Assembly: GCA_965277715.1 (NCBI GenBank)
Contig: OZ255836.1
Location: 3,008,001 to 3,072,000 of the forward strand
DNA: 64,000 nucleotides
Reading direction: 5' to 3'
From: Gammaproteobacteria bacterium
GTDB lineage: Bacteria; Pseudomonadota; Gammaproteobacteria; JBCCGL01
In this document: positions 19,442-33,535 of the stretch, one piece after another
Position numbering within the stretch: the stretch's first letter is position 1
Layout: each line of letters opens with the position of its first letter
Notes under the pieces: model-generated
Databases searched by the model: none
What the model was told of the DNA's origin: nothing
Seen by the model: only the letters and a program-made list of their open reading frames with translations
Made by a program: the position numbers and the translations under genes

Positions 19442-20806
19442 CTACTTTGTCTTTTTTGGGCGCTGCCAACCATTGATTTTCTTCAATGGTGCACGGGTTA
19501 ACACAAGCTGATTATCAGCGACATCACGGGTGATGGTTGCCCCCGCACCAACCGTTGAACCGTCACCCAATACAAGCGGGGCAACCAATACACTGTTTGA
19601 ACCAATCGATACATTGTCACCAACCTGTGTGCGGTGTTTATTAGCCCCATCGTAGTTGGCCGTAATAGTGCCCGCACCAATATTGACATGATCGCCTACA
19701 TCGCTATCACCGACATAACTCAGGTGGTTAACTTTGCTGCCGCGACCAATCTGGCTATTTTTTGTCTCGACAAAATTACCTATTTTGGCCTGCTCAGCCA
19801 ACACAGTCCCAGGCCGCACTCTGGCGAAAGGCCCGACAACACAACACGCACCAATCACAGCATCATCGATAACACAATGAGCCTCGATAACAACGTTGTC
19901 ATCAATTTGTGCATTGCTTATCACGCAATTTGGCCCAATGCGCACATTCTTTCCCAGTGTATTCTGGCCATTAAATACACAATTGACATCAATGACCGAA
20001 TCGAGACCAATACTAATCTCACCGCGTATATCAATACGTGACGGATCAGCAAGGGTAACACCCTGTGCCATTAACGCATTAGCGCGGGCGCACTGGTAAA
20101 AGCGTTCCATAGCGGCGAGCTGTCGACGGTCATTAATCCCACTCACTTCGTTGAAATCATCCATAGCAATCGACGCCATGCGTAAACCGGCACGGTAACC
20201 AAGCGCAATCACACTGGTGAGATAATATTCACCCTGCGCATTATCACAATCCAGCCGATTCAACAGCGCGCTGAGCTCGCCCGCTCTGGCAGCGATAATA
20301 CCGGTATTGATTTCTGCAATGGTTTGCTGTTGCGCAGTTGCATCTTTTTGCTCAACAATAGCTGTCATTCCGCCCTGTTTATTGCGAACAATACGTCCAT
20401 AACCTGTCGGATCATCCAGCATTGCCGTTAGCAGGCACAATGGCACCGTTTTTAGTGTGTCAACCAATGGGCGAAGTGTTTGTAAACGCACCAGCGGCAC
20501 GTCACCGTTGAGTATCAGTACACCCTCTTCAGCGGGAATATGCGGCATTACCTGCTGCACTGCGTGACCCGTGCCCTTTTGCTCTAATTGCTCAACCCAT
20601 ATTACCGATTCGTCCTGCAACTGTTGCCTGACCTGCTCAGCACCACTACCAATAACGACATAGATTTTGCCTGGGTTCAGTGACTTTGCCGTATCGACAA
20701 CGTGTTGTAACAAGGGCTTACCGCCCACAGGGTGCAACACTTTAGGTAAACTGGAACGCATCCGTGTACCTTTACCCGCAGCGAGAATAACGATATTGAG
20801 TGGCAT
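19442..20806 (-). CDS. glmU: Bifunctional UDP-GlcNAc pyrophosphorylase / glucosamine-1-P acetyltransferase
   Basis: LAAGKGTRM..LPKVLH, QGEYYLT, hexapeptide repeats, HLSYVGD, NYDGANK. Confidence 0.97.
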   Translation of the reverse strand: MPLNIVILAAGKGTRMRSSLPKVLHPVGGKPLLQHVVDTAKSLNPGKIYVVIGSGAEQVRQQLQDESVIWVEQLEQKGTGHAVQQVMPHIPAEEGVLILNGDVPLVRLQTLRPLVDTLKTVPLCLLTAMLDDPTGYGRIVRNKQGGMTAIVEQKDATAQQQTIAEINTGIIAARAGELSALLNRLDCDNAQGEYYLTSVIALGYRAGLRMASIAMDDFNEVSGINDRRQLAAMERFYQCARANALMAQGVTLADPSRIDIRGEISIGLDSVIDVNCVFNGQNTLGKNVRIGPNCVISNAQIDDNVVIEAHCVIDDAVIGACCVVGPFARVRPGTVLAEQAKIGNFVETKNSQIGRGSKVNHLSYVGDSDVGDHVNIGAGTITANYDGANKHRTQVGDNVSIGSNSVLVAPLVLGDGSTVGAGATITRDVADNQLVLTRAPLKKINGWQRPKKTK

Positions 20807-20950
20807 TAATCAGTAACCCGGCTACACAGATTTAAAAGAAAAACACCCATACATCGCGAGTGAAATCCTCTTAAATAAAAAAATATAACTAATTGGTATT
20901 ATTAAATATTCTCACTTTTGTGATTATAGACGGCGTGTCGGGCTCTCTAC

Positions 20951-20978
20951 GCAAAAGGGGCCAAATGGCCCCTTTTGC
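20951..20978 (-). terminator. Intrinsic terminator downstream of atpC
   Basis: Perfect hairpin gcaaaaggggcca-aa-tggccccttttgc. Confidence 0.75.
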
Positions 20979-21013
20979 AAATAACAATTAGCAACACAGG
21001 ACAGTAACCGTCG

Positions 21014-21427
21014 TTATTTTTTCATCCGCCTCAACATTTGTAGCTGGGCAATCGCTTCCACCAACTCGGCCTGCGCTTTGGCATAATCCATCGATTCCTG
21101 TTTATCAGCCAGTGCCTGCTCGGCACGCTCTTTAGCTTTTAAGGCCTCCGCTTCATCGAGATCGGCAGCGCGGATAGCCGTATCGGCCAGCACCGTCAAT
21201 TCTTTCGGCTGCACTTCCAACATACCACCCGATACAAAGATATGCTGTTCGTCCTGCCCCTCAGACTGTACGCGCACTTCACCTGGTTTGAGCGCGGTAA
21301 TGAGTGGTGCGTGACCAGCCGCCACACCCACTTCACCCATTTGTGCCGGAGCAATCACCATTTCGGCACTGCCAGAAAAGATCTCACCCTCTGCACTCAC
21401 AATATTAACCTGCATGGACATCGCCAT
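21014..21427 (-). CDS. atpC: ATP synthase epsilon subunit
   Basis: IVSAEGEIFSG, GHAPLIT, SGGMLEVQP; operon position. Confidence 0.96.
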   Translation of the reverse strand: MAMSMQVNIVSAEGEIFSGSAEMVIAPAQMGEVGVAAGHAPLITALKPGEVRVQSEGQDEQHIFVSGGMLEVQPKELTVLADTAIRAADLDEAEALKAKERAEQALADKQESMDYAKAQAELVEAIAQLQMLRRMKK

Positions 21428-21453
21428 AATCAGTACCCTTGTAAGCTTCTCAA

Positions 21454-22848
<1,395 letters not shown>

Positions 22849-22859
22849 TCAGAATTTAG

Positions 22860-23723
22860 TTATACAGCAGCAGCACCGGCGACGATTTCAGATATTTCCT
22901 GCGTAATCGCGGCCTGTCGTGCCTTGTTATAAATCAAGCGCAGCTCACCAATCAGCTCGCCCGCGTTGTCGGTGGCGCTTTTCATCGCCACCATACGCGC
23001 AGCCATTTCACAGGCGATATTTTCAACCACACCCTGGTAAACCAATGACTCAATGTAACGCATTAACAATGCATCGAGCACTTGCTCGGCGTCTGGTTCG
23101 TAAATGTAATCCCAGTAATGTTTCATTTCAGGATTTTCATCGGCCACCAACGGCAACAAAGTGGTGACTGTCGGGCTTTGTGTCATGGTATTAACAAAGC
23201 TGTTTTCGACCATATACAGGCGATCAATCCGATCCTCTGTATAAGCATCTAACATGACTTTAACCGTACCAACCAATTCTTCGAGACGCGGTGCATCACC
23301 AAGGCTGGATACCTCGGCAACAATGTTACCGCCAAAGCGTTTAAAGAAACCGCCTGCCTTTTTACCAATCGTCACTACATCGATTTCAACTTGTTTATCG
23401 TTGTACTCGCGCATCGCGGCAATCGCCGCCTTAAACAAGTTGATATTTAAACCACCACACAGACCCCGATCTGTTGAGATGATGATAAAACCGACCCGTT
23501 TTACGTCTTCGCGCTCTTGCAGAAACGCGTGTTTATACTCAGAGTGCGCGTTCGCCAAGTGACCGATCACACTGCGCATTTTCGCCGCGTACGGGCGCGT
23601 TGCCTGCATGCGGTTCTGTGCCTTGCGCATTTTACTGGCGGCGACCATTTCCATCGCCTTGGTGATCTTCTTGGTGTTCTCGACACTCTTGATCTTGGTG
23701 AGAATTTCTCTACCGACTGCCAT
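22860..23723 (-). CDS. atpG: ATP synthase gamma subunit
   Basis: [32 protein letters not shown]. Confidence 0.98.
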   Translation of the reverse strand: MAVGREILTKIKSVENTKKITKAMEMVAASKMRKAQNRMQATRPYAAKMRSVIGHLANAHSEYKHAFLQEREDVKRVGFIIISTDRGLCGGLNINLFKAAIAAMREYNDKQVEIDVVTIGKKAGGFFKRFGGNIVAEVSSLGDAPRLEELVGTVKVMLDAYTEDRIDRLYMVENSFVNTMTQSPTVTTLLPLVADENPEMKHYWDYIYEPDAEQVLDALLMRYIESLVYQGVVENIACEMAARMVAMKSATDNAGELIGELRLIYNKARQAAITQEISEIVAGAAAV

Positions 23724-23735
23724 CAGGGTACTCCG

Positions 23736-25277
23736 CTACCAGACACCATTGGCTTTAAAATCATCAAGCGCAGATTTAAGCTGGCCACTGAGGTCATCGT
23801 TATAGTCACCCGTATCGTCAATTGTATCGAGCAGTGACTGAAATTTAGAACGTATATGGGCGTGCAGTGCCGCTTCAAATGCCACAATTTTGTTGGCATC
23901 GACATCATCGAGATAGCCTTCATTCGCCGCGTACAACGACACCGCCATTTCACCAATGCTCAGTGGGCTGTACTGCGCTTGTTTCATCAGCTCTGTAACA
24001 CGTTGTCCACGTTCGATTTGTTTACGGGTCTGTTCATCAAGGTCAGAGGCGAACTGCGCAAAGGCAGCGAGTTCGCGGTACTGCGCCAATGCCAAACGCA
24101 CACCACCACCAAGCTTTTTAATCACCTTGGTTTGTGCCGCACCACCAACGCGTGAAACCGATAAACCAGCGTTGATAGCAGGTCGAATACCCGCATTAAA
24201 TAAGTCGGTTTCCAGGAAGATTTGTCCGTCCGTGATCGAAATAACGTTAGTCGGTACGAAGGCCGATACGTCGCCCGCCTGAGTTTCGATCACCGGTAGC
24301 GCGGTGAGTGAGCCGGTTTTACCTTTTACTTCACCGTTGGTGAGTTGCTCAACGTAGGCTGCATTGATGCGCGAAGCCCGTTCCAACAGACGTGAATGCA
24401 AGTAGAAGACATCACCCGGATACGCCTCGCGACCCGGTGGTCGACGCAGTAACAGAGACACCTGCCGATACGCCCAGGCCTGTTTAGTCAGATCGTCATA
24501 GATAATCAGCGCATCTTCACCACGATCACGGAAGTACTCACCCATTGAGCAACCCGAGTAAGGTGCAATATATTGCAGGGCCGCCGATTCTGAGGCACTG
24601 GCCGCAACGACAATCGTATGCTCCATCGCGCCGTGCTCTTCCAGCTTGCGTACCACGTTGGCAATCGAAGACTGTTTTTGACCAATAGCCACGTAGATAC
24701 ATTTAATACCCGTGCCTTTTTGGTTGATGATTGCATCAATGGCAACAGCCGTTTTACCTGTTTGGCGGTCACCGATAATCAGCTCGCGTTGGCCACGACC
24801 AATTGGCACCATTGCATCGATGGATTTAAGGCCCGTTTGTACCGGTTGATCAACCGATTGGCGTTCGATAACACCCGGCGCCACTTTTTCGATAGGCGAT
24901 GTTAAAGCGCTGTCAATTGCGCCTTTACCATCGATTGGATTACCGAGCGAATCAACTACACGACCAAGTAGCTGTTCACCTACTGGCACTTCGAGAATGC
25001 GGCCAGTACACCGTGCTTTATCACCTTCTGACAAGTGCGTATAACTACCGAGTACTACCGCACCAACTGAGTCACGCTCAAGGTTTAACGCCAATCCGTA
25101 AGTGTCTCCATCGAATTCAATCATTTCGCCCTGCATCACGTCTGCCAGACCGTGAATACGTGCGATACCGTCATTCAGGCTGACGATAGTACCTTCAGTG
25201 CGCGCCTCTGCGACGGCTTCAAAATCACCAATCCGCTGCTTGATAAGCTCGCTGATTTCAGATGGGTTGAGTTGCAT
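23736..25277 (-). CDS. atpA: ATP synthase alpha subunit
   Basis: [29 protein letters not shown]. Confidence 0.99.
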   Translation of the reverse strand: MQLNPSEISELIKQRIGDFEAVAEARTEGTIVSLNDGIARIHGLADVMQGEMIEFDGDTYGLALNLERDSVGAVVLGSYTHLSEGDKARCTGRILEVPVGEQLLGRVVDSLGNPIDGKGAIDSALTSPIEKVAPGVIERQSVDQPVQTGLKSIDAMVPIGRGQRELIIGDRQTGKTAVAIDAIINQKGTGIKCIYVAIGQKQSSIANVVRKLEEHGAMEHTIVVAASASESAALQYIAPYSGCSMGEYFRDRGEDALIIYDDLTKQAWAYRQVSLLLRRPPGREAYPGDVFYLHSRLLERASRINAAYVEQLTNGEVKGKTGSLTALPVIETQAGDVSAFVPTNVISITDGQIFLETDLFNAGIRPAINAGLSVSRVGGAAQTKVIKKLGGGVRLALAQYRELAAFAQFASDLDEQTRKQIERGQRVTELMKQAQYSPLSIGEMAVSLYAANEGYLDDVDANKIVAFEAALHAHIRSKFQSLLDTIDDTGDYNDDLSGQLKSALDDFKANGVW

Positions 25278-25392
25278 GTTGTATTCCTCTAATTCGTATC
25301 CGGTGGGCCGTATCGTTAACGGCTTTGCTATTGAGCACCTGGTTAATTAACCTACGTTTTGATGAACCCTACGTTGTAGACCCCTAAATTAA

Positions 25393-25929
25393 TTAGGCTC
25401 CTAACTGATAGGCGAGCTTATCAAGGCGTCCGCGCACCGACCCATCGATCACCATGTCGCCTGCACGCACCACGGCGCCACCGAGCAGTGACGCATCGAT
25501 TTCACAATGCAGATTTACCTGGCCACCCAGTCGTTTGCTCAACGCAGCAATAATCATCGCCTGCTGTTGATCGTCTAATGCCTGCGCCGAAACCACCGTT
25601 GCCTCGGTTACCTCTTCGGCCTGTGCACGATAAATCTCGTACAGTGCAGCGATATCAACCAACAGCGGTAAACGGGCATTATCGGCGATCACCTGTAAAA
25701 AATTACAGGCAGCCTGATTAATGTGTTCGCCACATACTGAGATAATCATTTGCGCACGGCGGCTGTTACTTAACCCGGGCGCCTGCAATGCCGTATACAT
25801 TTGACTGTCGCTGGCAACGCTGGCGATCAGCGCAAGCTGCTCAGACCATAAGGCATAGTCGCCCGCATCACGCGCCAATTCAAAAACGGCTTTGGCGTAA
25901 GGGCGCGCTGCTGTAGTGAAATCTGACAT
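25393..25929 (-). CDS. atpH: ATP synthase delta subunit
   Basis: TAARPYAKA, GGAVVRAGDMVIDGSVRG. Confidence 0.96.
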   Translation of the reverse strand: MSDFTTAARPYAKAVFELARDAGDYALWSEQLALIASVASDSQMYTALQAPGLSNSRRAQMIISVCGEHINQAACNFLQVIADNARLPLLVDIAALYEIYRAQAEEVTEATVVSAQALDDQQQAMIIAALSKRLGGQVNLHCEIDASLLGGAVVRAGDMVIDGSVRGRLDKLAYQLGA

Positions 25930-26003
25930 TCGCTTTTACATCCGCTCTACTTGGTGCGCTTTTTGATAGGGTTGTCGCGTTGAAATAGACACAGTGCTGA
26001 TCA

Positions 26004-26474
26004 CTATATTTGCGCGACAAGTTCGTCGAGCACTTTAGCGTGCGCACTTGCATCGATTTCGCTGTGCAGAATTTTGCTGGCACCCATAACAGCGAGCCCC
26101 GCAACCTGCGTGCGTAGCGTCTCTTTAGCGCGAATCACTTCCTGATCGATATCTGCCTGGGCTGCCGCTTTGATTTGAGCGCCCTTTTCATTGGCAGACT
26201 GCGTCGCTTCGTCGACAATTTCATTGCCACGCTTTTGTGCCTGGGCGATTATTTCAGCCGCCCTTGCTTTGGCATCATCCAGCATTACCTGCGCGTCAGC
26301 CTTTGCCACTTCCTGGGCTTTTTCACCCTTTTCTGCGGCGGCCAGACCGTCGGCAATTGTTTTTTTCCGCTCGTTAAGGGCAGCGATCAGCGGTGGCCAT
26401 ACATATTGCATGACAAACCAGACAAACAAAAAGAATGCGATCGATTGCCCAATGAGGGTTGCATTAATGTTCAT
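26004..26474 (-). CDS. atpF: ATP synthase b subunit
   Basis: MNINATLIGQ, YVWPPL, IADGLAAAE. Confidence 0.97.
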   Translation of the reverse strand: MNINATLIGQSIAFFLFVWFVMQYVWPPLIAALNERKKTIADGLAAAEKGEKAQEVAKADAQVMLDDAKARAAEIIAQAQKRGNEIVDEATQSANEKGAQIKAAAQADIDQEVIRAKETLRTQVAGLAVMGASKILHSEIDASAHAKVLDELVAQI

Positions 26475-26532
26475 GCGATAACCTCGTTAAAGTGAGTTAA
26501 GCCCATAGTTAGGTTGTATTGATAAACCTGGA

Positions 26533-26805
<273 letters not shown>

Positions 26806-26861
26806 TTAATTCGATGAACCGATCACCTGTAACTAACACATTACAGGTCAACGGTCCGGTT

Positions 26862-27746
<885 letters not shown>

Positions 27747-28127
27747 CTAATTGTCACTGGAACCGATATCGAATAATGGTACTGCCCAGGCAACCGCCTG
27801 CACAACAATAAACCCACCAAACATGGCCAGCGCATTCAGTGGCGACACCAGTCGCAATACGACGATGAACAGCGCCACTGTCACTATAAATTTACCTGCT
27901 GCACCGCTATAAAAAGCGAGCAGTGTCGATTGCGCAGAACGTCCTTTCGACACATTAAAAACACGCAGCGCGAGGTAGGTATTGGGTAAAAAACAACATA
28001 CCGCCCCAAGCAACGCCGAATAAGCCGCCTGCACATTCCAAATCAGCAGGAGACAGGCAACGACAAAACCTACGAAACACTGTGCCAGTAATAATCGTTT
28101 AACACCCGGCGCTATGCAGTGCCACAT
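27747..28127 (-). CDS. atpI: ATP synthase protein I
   Basis: Small four-TM protein (SALLG...LPN, FY.GAAGK) first in the atp operon. Confidence 0.85.
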   Translation of the reverse strand: MWHCIAPGVKRLLLAQCFVGFVVACLLLIWNVQAAYSALLGAVCCFLPNTYLALRVFNVSKGRSAQSTLLAFYSGAAGKFIVTVALFIVVLRLVSPLNALAMFGGFIVVQAVAWAVPLFDIGSSDN

Positions 28128-28335
28128 AAGTCAACCACCTGCCACAACGGGTTACCAGCAACCGCGCCTCATCACTGATTAAAAACAGCTTTAGTCTATA
28201 AGCACGGCCCGATTACGCAACGCCAAACAGCCCTGTTTTCAGCGAACGCGGAGTATAAAGACCGTCCCGGCGATGGTCAAGGCCAGGTTAAGCACAAACT
28301 GAGAATATCTCACTACCACACTACCTATAGCGTTA

Positions 28336-29208
28336 TCAGCGAATATGCCCCAAAATCCCCTCCAACTCATCCAGGCTGTTATAACTGATTTCAACGCGCC
28401 CCCTACCATTACCACCGTGTGCAATAGCAACTTTAGCACCCAACTGATCACTCAAACGCTGTTCCAGACTGCGAATATCGGGATCGTCGTTGCCCGCTTT
28501 ATCGACACGTTTGTCAGTGGCGTTGGATGCATCCAGCATTTTCCGAACCAGTGCCTCAGTACGCCGCACGGATAATGACTGCGAAACCACTTTCAACGCC
28601 GCTATCGGTTGCTGATCTGCACTGAGTGACAGCATCGCACGCGCATGCCCCATCTCCACTTTGCCATCGTGCAACAAGGTTTTTACGTCCTCATGCAGAT
28701 CGTGTAGGCGCAGTAAATTGCTCACCGCCGCACGTGAACGCCCCACCGCCTCGGCAATCTGCTGATGCGTCATGGAAAAATCGGCCTGTAAACGCAATAG
28801 CGCACCAGCCTCTTCCAACGGGTTGAGATCTTCACGCTGAATGTTTTCGATCAACGCCACCGCAGCGACCGCCGTATTATCGAGCTCGCGAACAATCACC
28901 GGCACTTCAAACAGCCCTGCCAACTGAGCCGCACGCCAGCGCCGCTCCCCGGCGATTAACTCATGCCCATCCGCCACCGGACGCACAACCAATGGCTGAA
29001 TAATACCCTGCACTGAAATCGAATCAGCCAGCTCCTGCAACGCCTCTGGCTCAAAGGTTTTTCGCGGTTGATACTCGCCACGCCTGATCTGCTCGACCGG
29101 CATCATACGCATCGATTCGCGGCGTTCATCCTCGGTAACGCGGGTAATACTGTCGACATCGCCGAGCAACGCACCCAACCCCCGTCCAAGCCCCCGTTTT
29201 TTCATCAT
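28336..29208 (-). CDS. parB: Chromosome partitioning protein ParB
   Basis: KRGLGRGL, YQPRK, AGERRWRA, ENIQREDLNP, HTH. Confidence 0.96.
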   Translation of the reverse strand: MMKKRGLGRGLGALLGDVDSITRVTEDERRESMRMMPVEQIRRGEYQPRKTFEPEALQELADSISVQGIIQPLVVRPVADGHELIAGERRWRAAQLAGLFEVPVIVRELDNTAVAAVALIENIQREDLNPLEEAGALLRLQADFSMTHQQIAEAVGRSRAAVSNLLRLHDLHEDVKTLLHDGKVEMGHARAMLSLSADQQPIAALKVVSQSLSVRRTEALVRKMLDASNATDKRVDKAGNDDPDIRSLEQRLSDQLGAKVAIAHGGNGRGRVEISYNSLDELEGILGHIR

Positions 29209-29999
29209 AATGCCTCCACTAGCTGCGCGCTGTGATTACTGTCGCGACGTAGAATTTCGCCCGCCAGGGCCAGATAAGCGAGCGCACCACTCGAGGTTTT
29301 ATCGTGCTGTAGCGCGGGCTTACCATAGCTGGGCGCCTCGGCAAGCCTGATATTGCGCGGGATAATTGTGCGGTAAACACGCTCGCCAAAGTGGCTGGTG
29401 AGCTGCTCAGAAACATCGTTGCCCAGGTTATTGCGCGAATCGAACATCGTGCGCAACAAACCTTCGATTTTCAAACGACTGTTGACGGTATGGCGCACAT
29501 CATCAATCGTCTGAATGAGTGAGGATAAACCCTCCAGTGCATAGTATTCACACTGCATGGGAATCATCACCCCGTCGGCCGCAACCAGTGCATTCAAGGT
29601 GAGAATATTCAGGGAAGGGGGACAATCAATTAAAATGTACTCGTAAGTGCGGAGCAACGGTTTAAGCGCATTGGCCAACCGCTGCTCGCGGCCCAATTTA
29701 GTCATCAACTCGACTTCTGCAGCCGTCAAATTGGCATTACCAGGCAATACATGAACAGCGCTGTACTCGACGGTAACAATGGCCTCCTGCGCACTGCACC
29801 CTCCCATCAATACATCGTAAACCGACTTTTCCAGGTTTTGTTTATCGACACCACTCCCCATGGTCGCATTGCCCTGCGGATCGAGGTCGATCAGCAATAC
29901 CGCACGCTTGGTAGCCGCCAACGACGCCGCCAGATTAACGCAGGTGGTGGTTTTACCGACACCACCCTTTTGATTTGCGATTGCGATCACTTTTGTCAT
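29205..29999 (-). CDS. parA: Chromosome partitioning ATPase ParA/Soj
   Basis: NQKGGVGKTT, DLDPQGNAT, DCPPSL, QCEYYALEG. Confidence 0.96.
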   Translation of the reverse strand: MTKVIAIANQKGGVGKTTTCVNLAASLAATKRAVLLIDLDPQGNATMGSGVDKQNLEKSVYDVLMGGCSAQEAIVTVEYSAVHVLPGNANLTAAEVELMTKLGREQRLANALKPLLRTYEYILIDCPPSLNILTLNALVAADGVMIPMQCEYYALEGLSSLIQTIDDVRHTVNSRLKIEGLLRTMFDSRNNLGNDVSEQLTSHFGERVYRTIIPRNIRLAEAPSYGKPALQHDKTSSGALAYLALAGEILRRDSNHSAQLVEAL

Positions 30000-30052
30000 T
30001 ATGTTTTAAAATCCGCTGTTTTTTATAGCGCCGACCCCGGACAACCTACCCC

Positions 30053-30760
30053 CTATAGAGAGATAGGTACCCGTGGACACACTCTGGCAATATGCCGCGC
30101 ACCAATACCCGCAACCTCACCCAAGGTATTACCTGGAATACACACGGGATCAAGCGCCAGAACCCGCCTCTCAAGCTGATCTGTCTCTGTAGCATTCGGC
30201 ACTTTGCCCAGCATAGCGACAATTTCTCCATCCGGGTCACATAGGTGATTACACTGTGTAACAAAGGCACTCAAAGAGGCAAACGCACGAGAAGTGACCG
30301 TGGTATAGGTATCCGGTGGTTGGAACGACTCGACCCGGTGATGCACCACTGTAACATTTTCCAACCGCAGTTGGGCTCTGACGTGGGTGAGAAAGCGGGT
30401 CTTCTTATTGTTGCTATCGAGCAGTGTCACCGCTACATCAGGCCTGGCAATCGCCACGGGGATCCCCGGCAAACCAGCGCCACTGCCCACATCAAGCAAA
30501 CGATTGCCAATCAGATAAGGCAATAGGCTCAAACTGTCGAGCAGGTGCCTGGCAACCATATCCAGTGGATCGCGGATTGCCGTCAGATTATAAACACTAT
30601 TCCATTTAACCAGGGTATCGAGATAATGCAGCAGGCCACTGCACTGCTCACCCGACAACGCGAGCTGCATAGCATCAATACCTTTGGTCAGCGCCAGGCG
30701 CCTGTCGGGTTTAGACGCTCGAAGCGAAGAAAAGGCTGGTTTGAGTTCTTTTTTGTGCAC
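30053..30760 (-). CDS. rsmG: 16S rRNA m7G527 methyltransferase; 5' end overlapped by repeat A (alternative ATG at 30670)
   Basis: KWN..YNLTAIR, HLLDSL, DVGSGAGLPG, TSRAFA; upstream of parA. Confidence 0.92.
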   Translation of the reverse strand: MHKKELKPAFSSLRASKPDRRLALTKGIDAMQLALSGEQCSGLLHYLDTLVKWNSVYNLTAIRDPLDMVARHLLDSLSLLPYLIGNRLLDVGSGAGLPGIPVAIARPDVAVTLLDSNNKKTRFLTHVRAQLRLENVTVVHHRVESFQPPDTYTTVTSRAFASLSAFVTQCNHLCDPDGEIVAMLGKVPNATETDQLERRVLALDPVCIPGNTLGEVAGIGARHIARVCPRVPISL

Positions 30761-30806
30761 GTGTTGAGGGTAACAATAGTGATTCTATTTGACGAAAGAG
30801 TGCACA
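30695..30806. repeat. Repeat family A, diverged two-thirds copy overlapping the rsmG start
   Basis: ggcgcctgtcgggtttagacgctcgaagcga...aatagtgattctatttgacgaaagagtgcac aligns with the element starting at 45974. Confidence 0.85.
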
Positions 30807-30917
30807 GTTGGCCTGATATACCATGTTGTGCCTTCACAAGCGTTCTACAATACAAACGGGTAACAATTATCTCACCAGCGGTTACACTTTGCACTCAACC
30901 CTAATTATCAGGTTTAA

Positions 30918-31823
<906 letters not shown>

Positions 31824-31837
31824 CACATAAGGTGAGG

Positions 31838-32485
31838 TCAGTTCTCGGTCTTTAACGCCCGATAACGCACGAGATCCCGATCAAACTGCTCAGCAGTGCG
31901 TTTATGCACTTGCTTCTGCTCAAGCAAATCAGCTTCTGACTGGCTGATACGGCGCTGTATCTCAGCCTGTGCATCCTTCACGCTTTCAGGTGCGTCCTCA
32001 ATCGACTCGTACGCTTGCATTTTTTTGCTCAGCTCAGCCAGCTTAGTGTTCCATTGATTGATCCGCCACTCTGAGAGTTCGATAGCACTATTAATCGTGG
32101 AGAGCCGGTCATCCCGCGTGGCTAATAAGTCCCGCTCAGTGGTGAATGTTTGCAGCAGTATTTTATCGAGGTGATCCCTTTTCTGTTTTTCCAGGTGTTT
32201 TTGCTGGGCCACTTTATTGTCGACAGTGGTCTTAGCAGGTTTAGCTGCCTTTTCACGGTATCTAATAACAACACCGTATGAATTGAGTTCAGCATGGCCA
32301 GTATTTCTATTCAATGGCGGCTGATCGGTATAATGGGTAACCCCCCCCTCATCCACCCATTTGTAAGCACCTGCATACAGCCAGCCACTATAAAACCATG
32401 CCACCAATAACATGACCAGACCACACAGGCGAACACCTTGATCTACCACATCACCCTTACCTTGCACCCACTGCACTAAACACAT
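31838..32485 (-). CDS. DUF4124 domain secreted protein with coiled coil
   Basis: YKWVDEGGVTHYTDQPP after a signal-like segment; start uncertain. Confidence 0.8.
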   Translation of the reverse strand: MCLVQWVQGKGDVVDQGVRLCGLVMLLVAWFYSGWLYAGAYKWVDEGGVTHYTDQPPLNRNTGHAELNSYGVVIRYREKAAKPAKTTVDNKVAQQKHLEKQKRDHLDKILLQTFTTERDLLATRDDRLSTINSAIELSEWRINQWNTKLAELSKKMQAYESIEDAPESVKDAQAEIQRRISQSEADLLEQKQVHKRTAEQFDRDLVRYRALKTEN

Positions 32486-32666
32486 CTAAATTAGAAACCG
32501 TATATTAATCAATCGTTATTCCAAAAAAAACCTTCTTAAGAACAATTAGTTACAAGACAATACATATCAGGAACAGGTTAGATTTAAAAATTATTTTTTC
32601 TAGTTTATTTTTTTAAAGCATATTTCTTTTTAAGACTCACGTATTCCACATTCAAATAATATTTAA

Positions 32667-32679
32667 AATCAATAAGTTA
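32667..32679 (+). promoter_or_regulatory. Candidate IHF binding site in an AT-rich intergenic region
   Basis: AATCAATAAGTTA matches WATCAANNNNTTR exactly. Confidence 0.45.
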
Positions 32680-32758
32680 TATTTTAAAATTCAGTGGGCT
32701 TTCGCCAATCAGTTGAGCCGACTTCGAACGTTTGGTGCACTGAAGACAAAACCTGTAG

Positions 32759-33406
32759 TCACCTGTGTACACCATAAATTTGATAATAACGTTCAAGTGA
32801 TGACAATTGCCCGGCAAATCCATCATCAACCCGCACAAACTCAACCAAGTCATTCAGAGACACAATATTGACCACCTGCGCCTGGTAGCACTGTTCCACT
32901 TCCTGAATAGCAGAAAGCTCACCGCTACCGCGTTCCTGTCGGTCAAACGCAATCGCCACTGCGGCAAACCGGGCACCGGCTGCCTCAATAATGGATACCG
33001 CTTCACGAATGGCTGTACCGGCTGTAATTACATCATCAACGACCAATACCTTACCACACAATGGCGCCCCAACCAGACTGCCACCCTCGCCATGATCCTT
33101 TGCCTCCTTACGGTTAAAGCACCACGGCAAATCGATATTGTGCTGGGTTACCAGTGCAATAGCGGTTGCCACCACCAGGGGAATGCCCTTGTACGCCGGG
33201 CCAAATAACATATCGAACTGCACGCCGGAATCGACAATCGACTGCGCATAAAATCGCCCCAACGCAGTCAGTGCCGCACCACTATTGAATAAACCTGCAT
33301 TAAAAAAGTACGGGCTTTGACGCCCCGATTTGAGGGTAAAATCCCCAAACCGCAACACGTCTTCACGAATGGCAAATTGAATAAACTCTCTTTGATAGTC
33401 ACGCAT
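32759..33406 (-). CDS. pyrE: Orotate phosphoribosyltransferase
   Basis: [42 protein letters not shown]. Confidence 0.97.
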   Translation of the reverse strand: MRDYQREFIQFAIREDVLRFGDFTLKSGRQSPYFFNAGLFNSGAALTALGRFYAQSIVDSGVQFDMLFGPAYKGIPLVVATAIALVTQHNIDLPWCFNRKEAKDHGEGGSLVGAPLCGKVLVVDDVITAGTAIREAVSIIEAAGARFAAVAIAFDRQERGSGELSAIQEVEQCYQAQVVNIVSLNDLVEFVRVDDGFAGQLSSLERYYQIYGVHR

Positions 33407-33535
33407 GGGTATTGTCGCTTATAGTAGGCCGTTTTCTCAGGCCATATGTGGTTGCCTATTGGGAATAATACACAATTCCCGGTATGGCCAGCCAGAGGCC
33501 GCGCTCAATCTACCATCAACCGGGGGAATAACGCT

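Noticed and set aside
20902-20916. 15-bp match ttaaatattctcact to the family B copy near 41736
   Set aside because: Short and AT-rich, with no further similarity or TIRs; probably chance.
32490-32700. Replication origin oriC
   Set aside because: No cluster of TTATCCACA DnaA boxes was seen; only AT richness and one IHF-like site.
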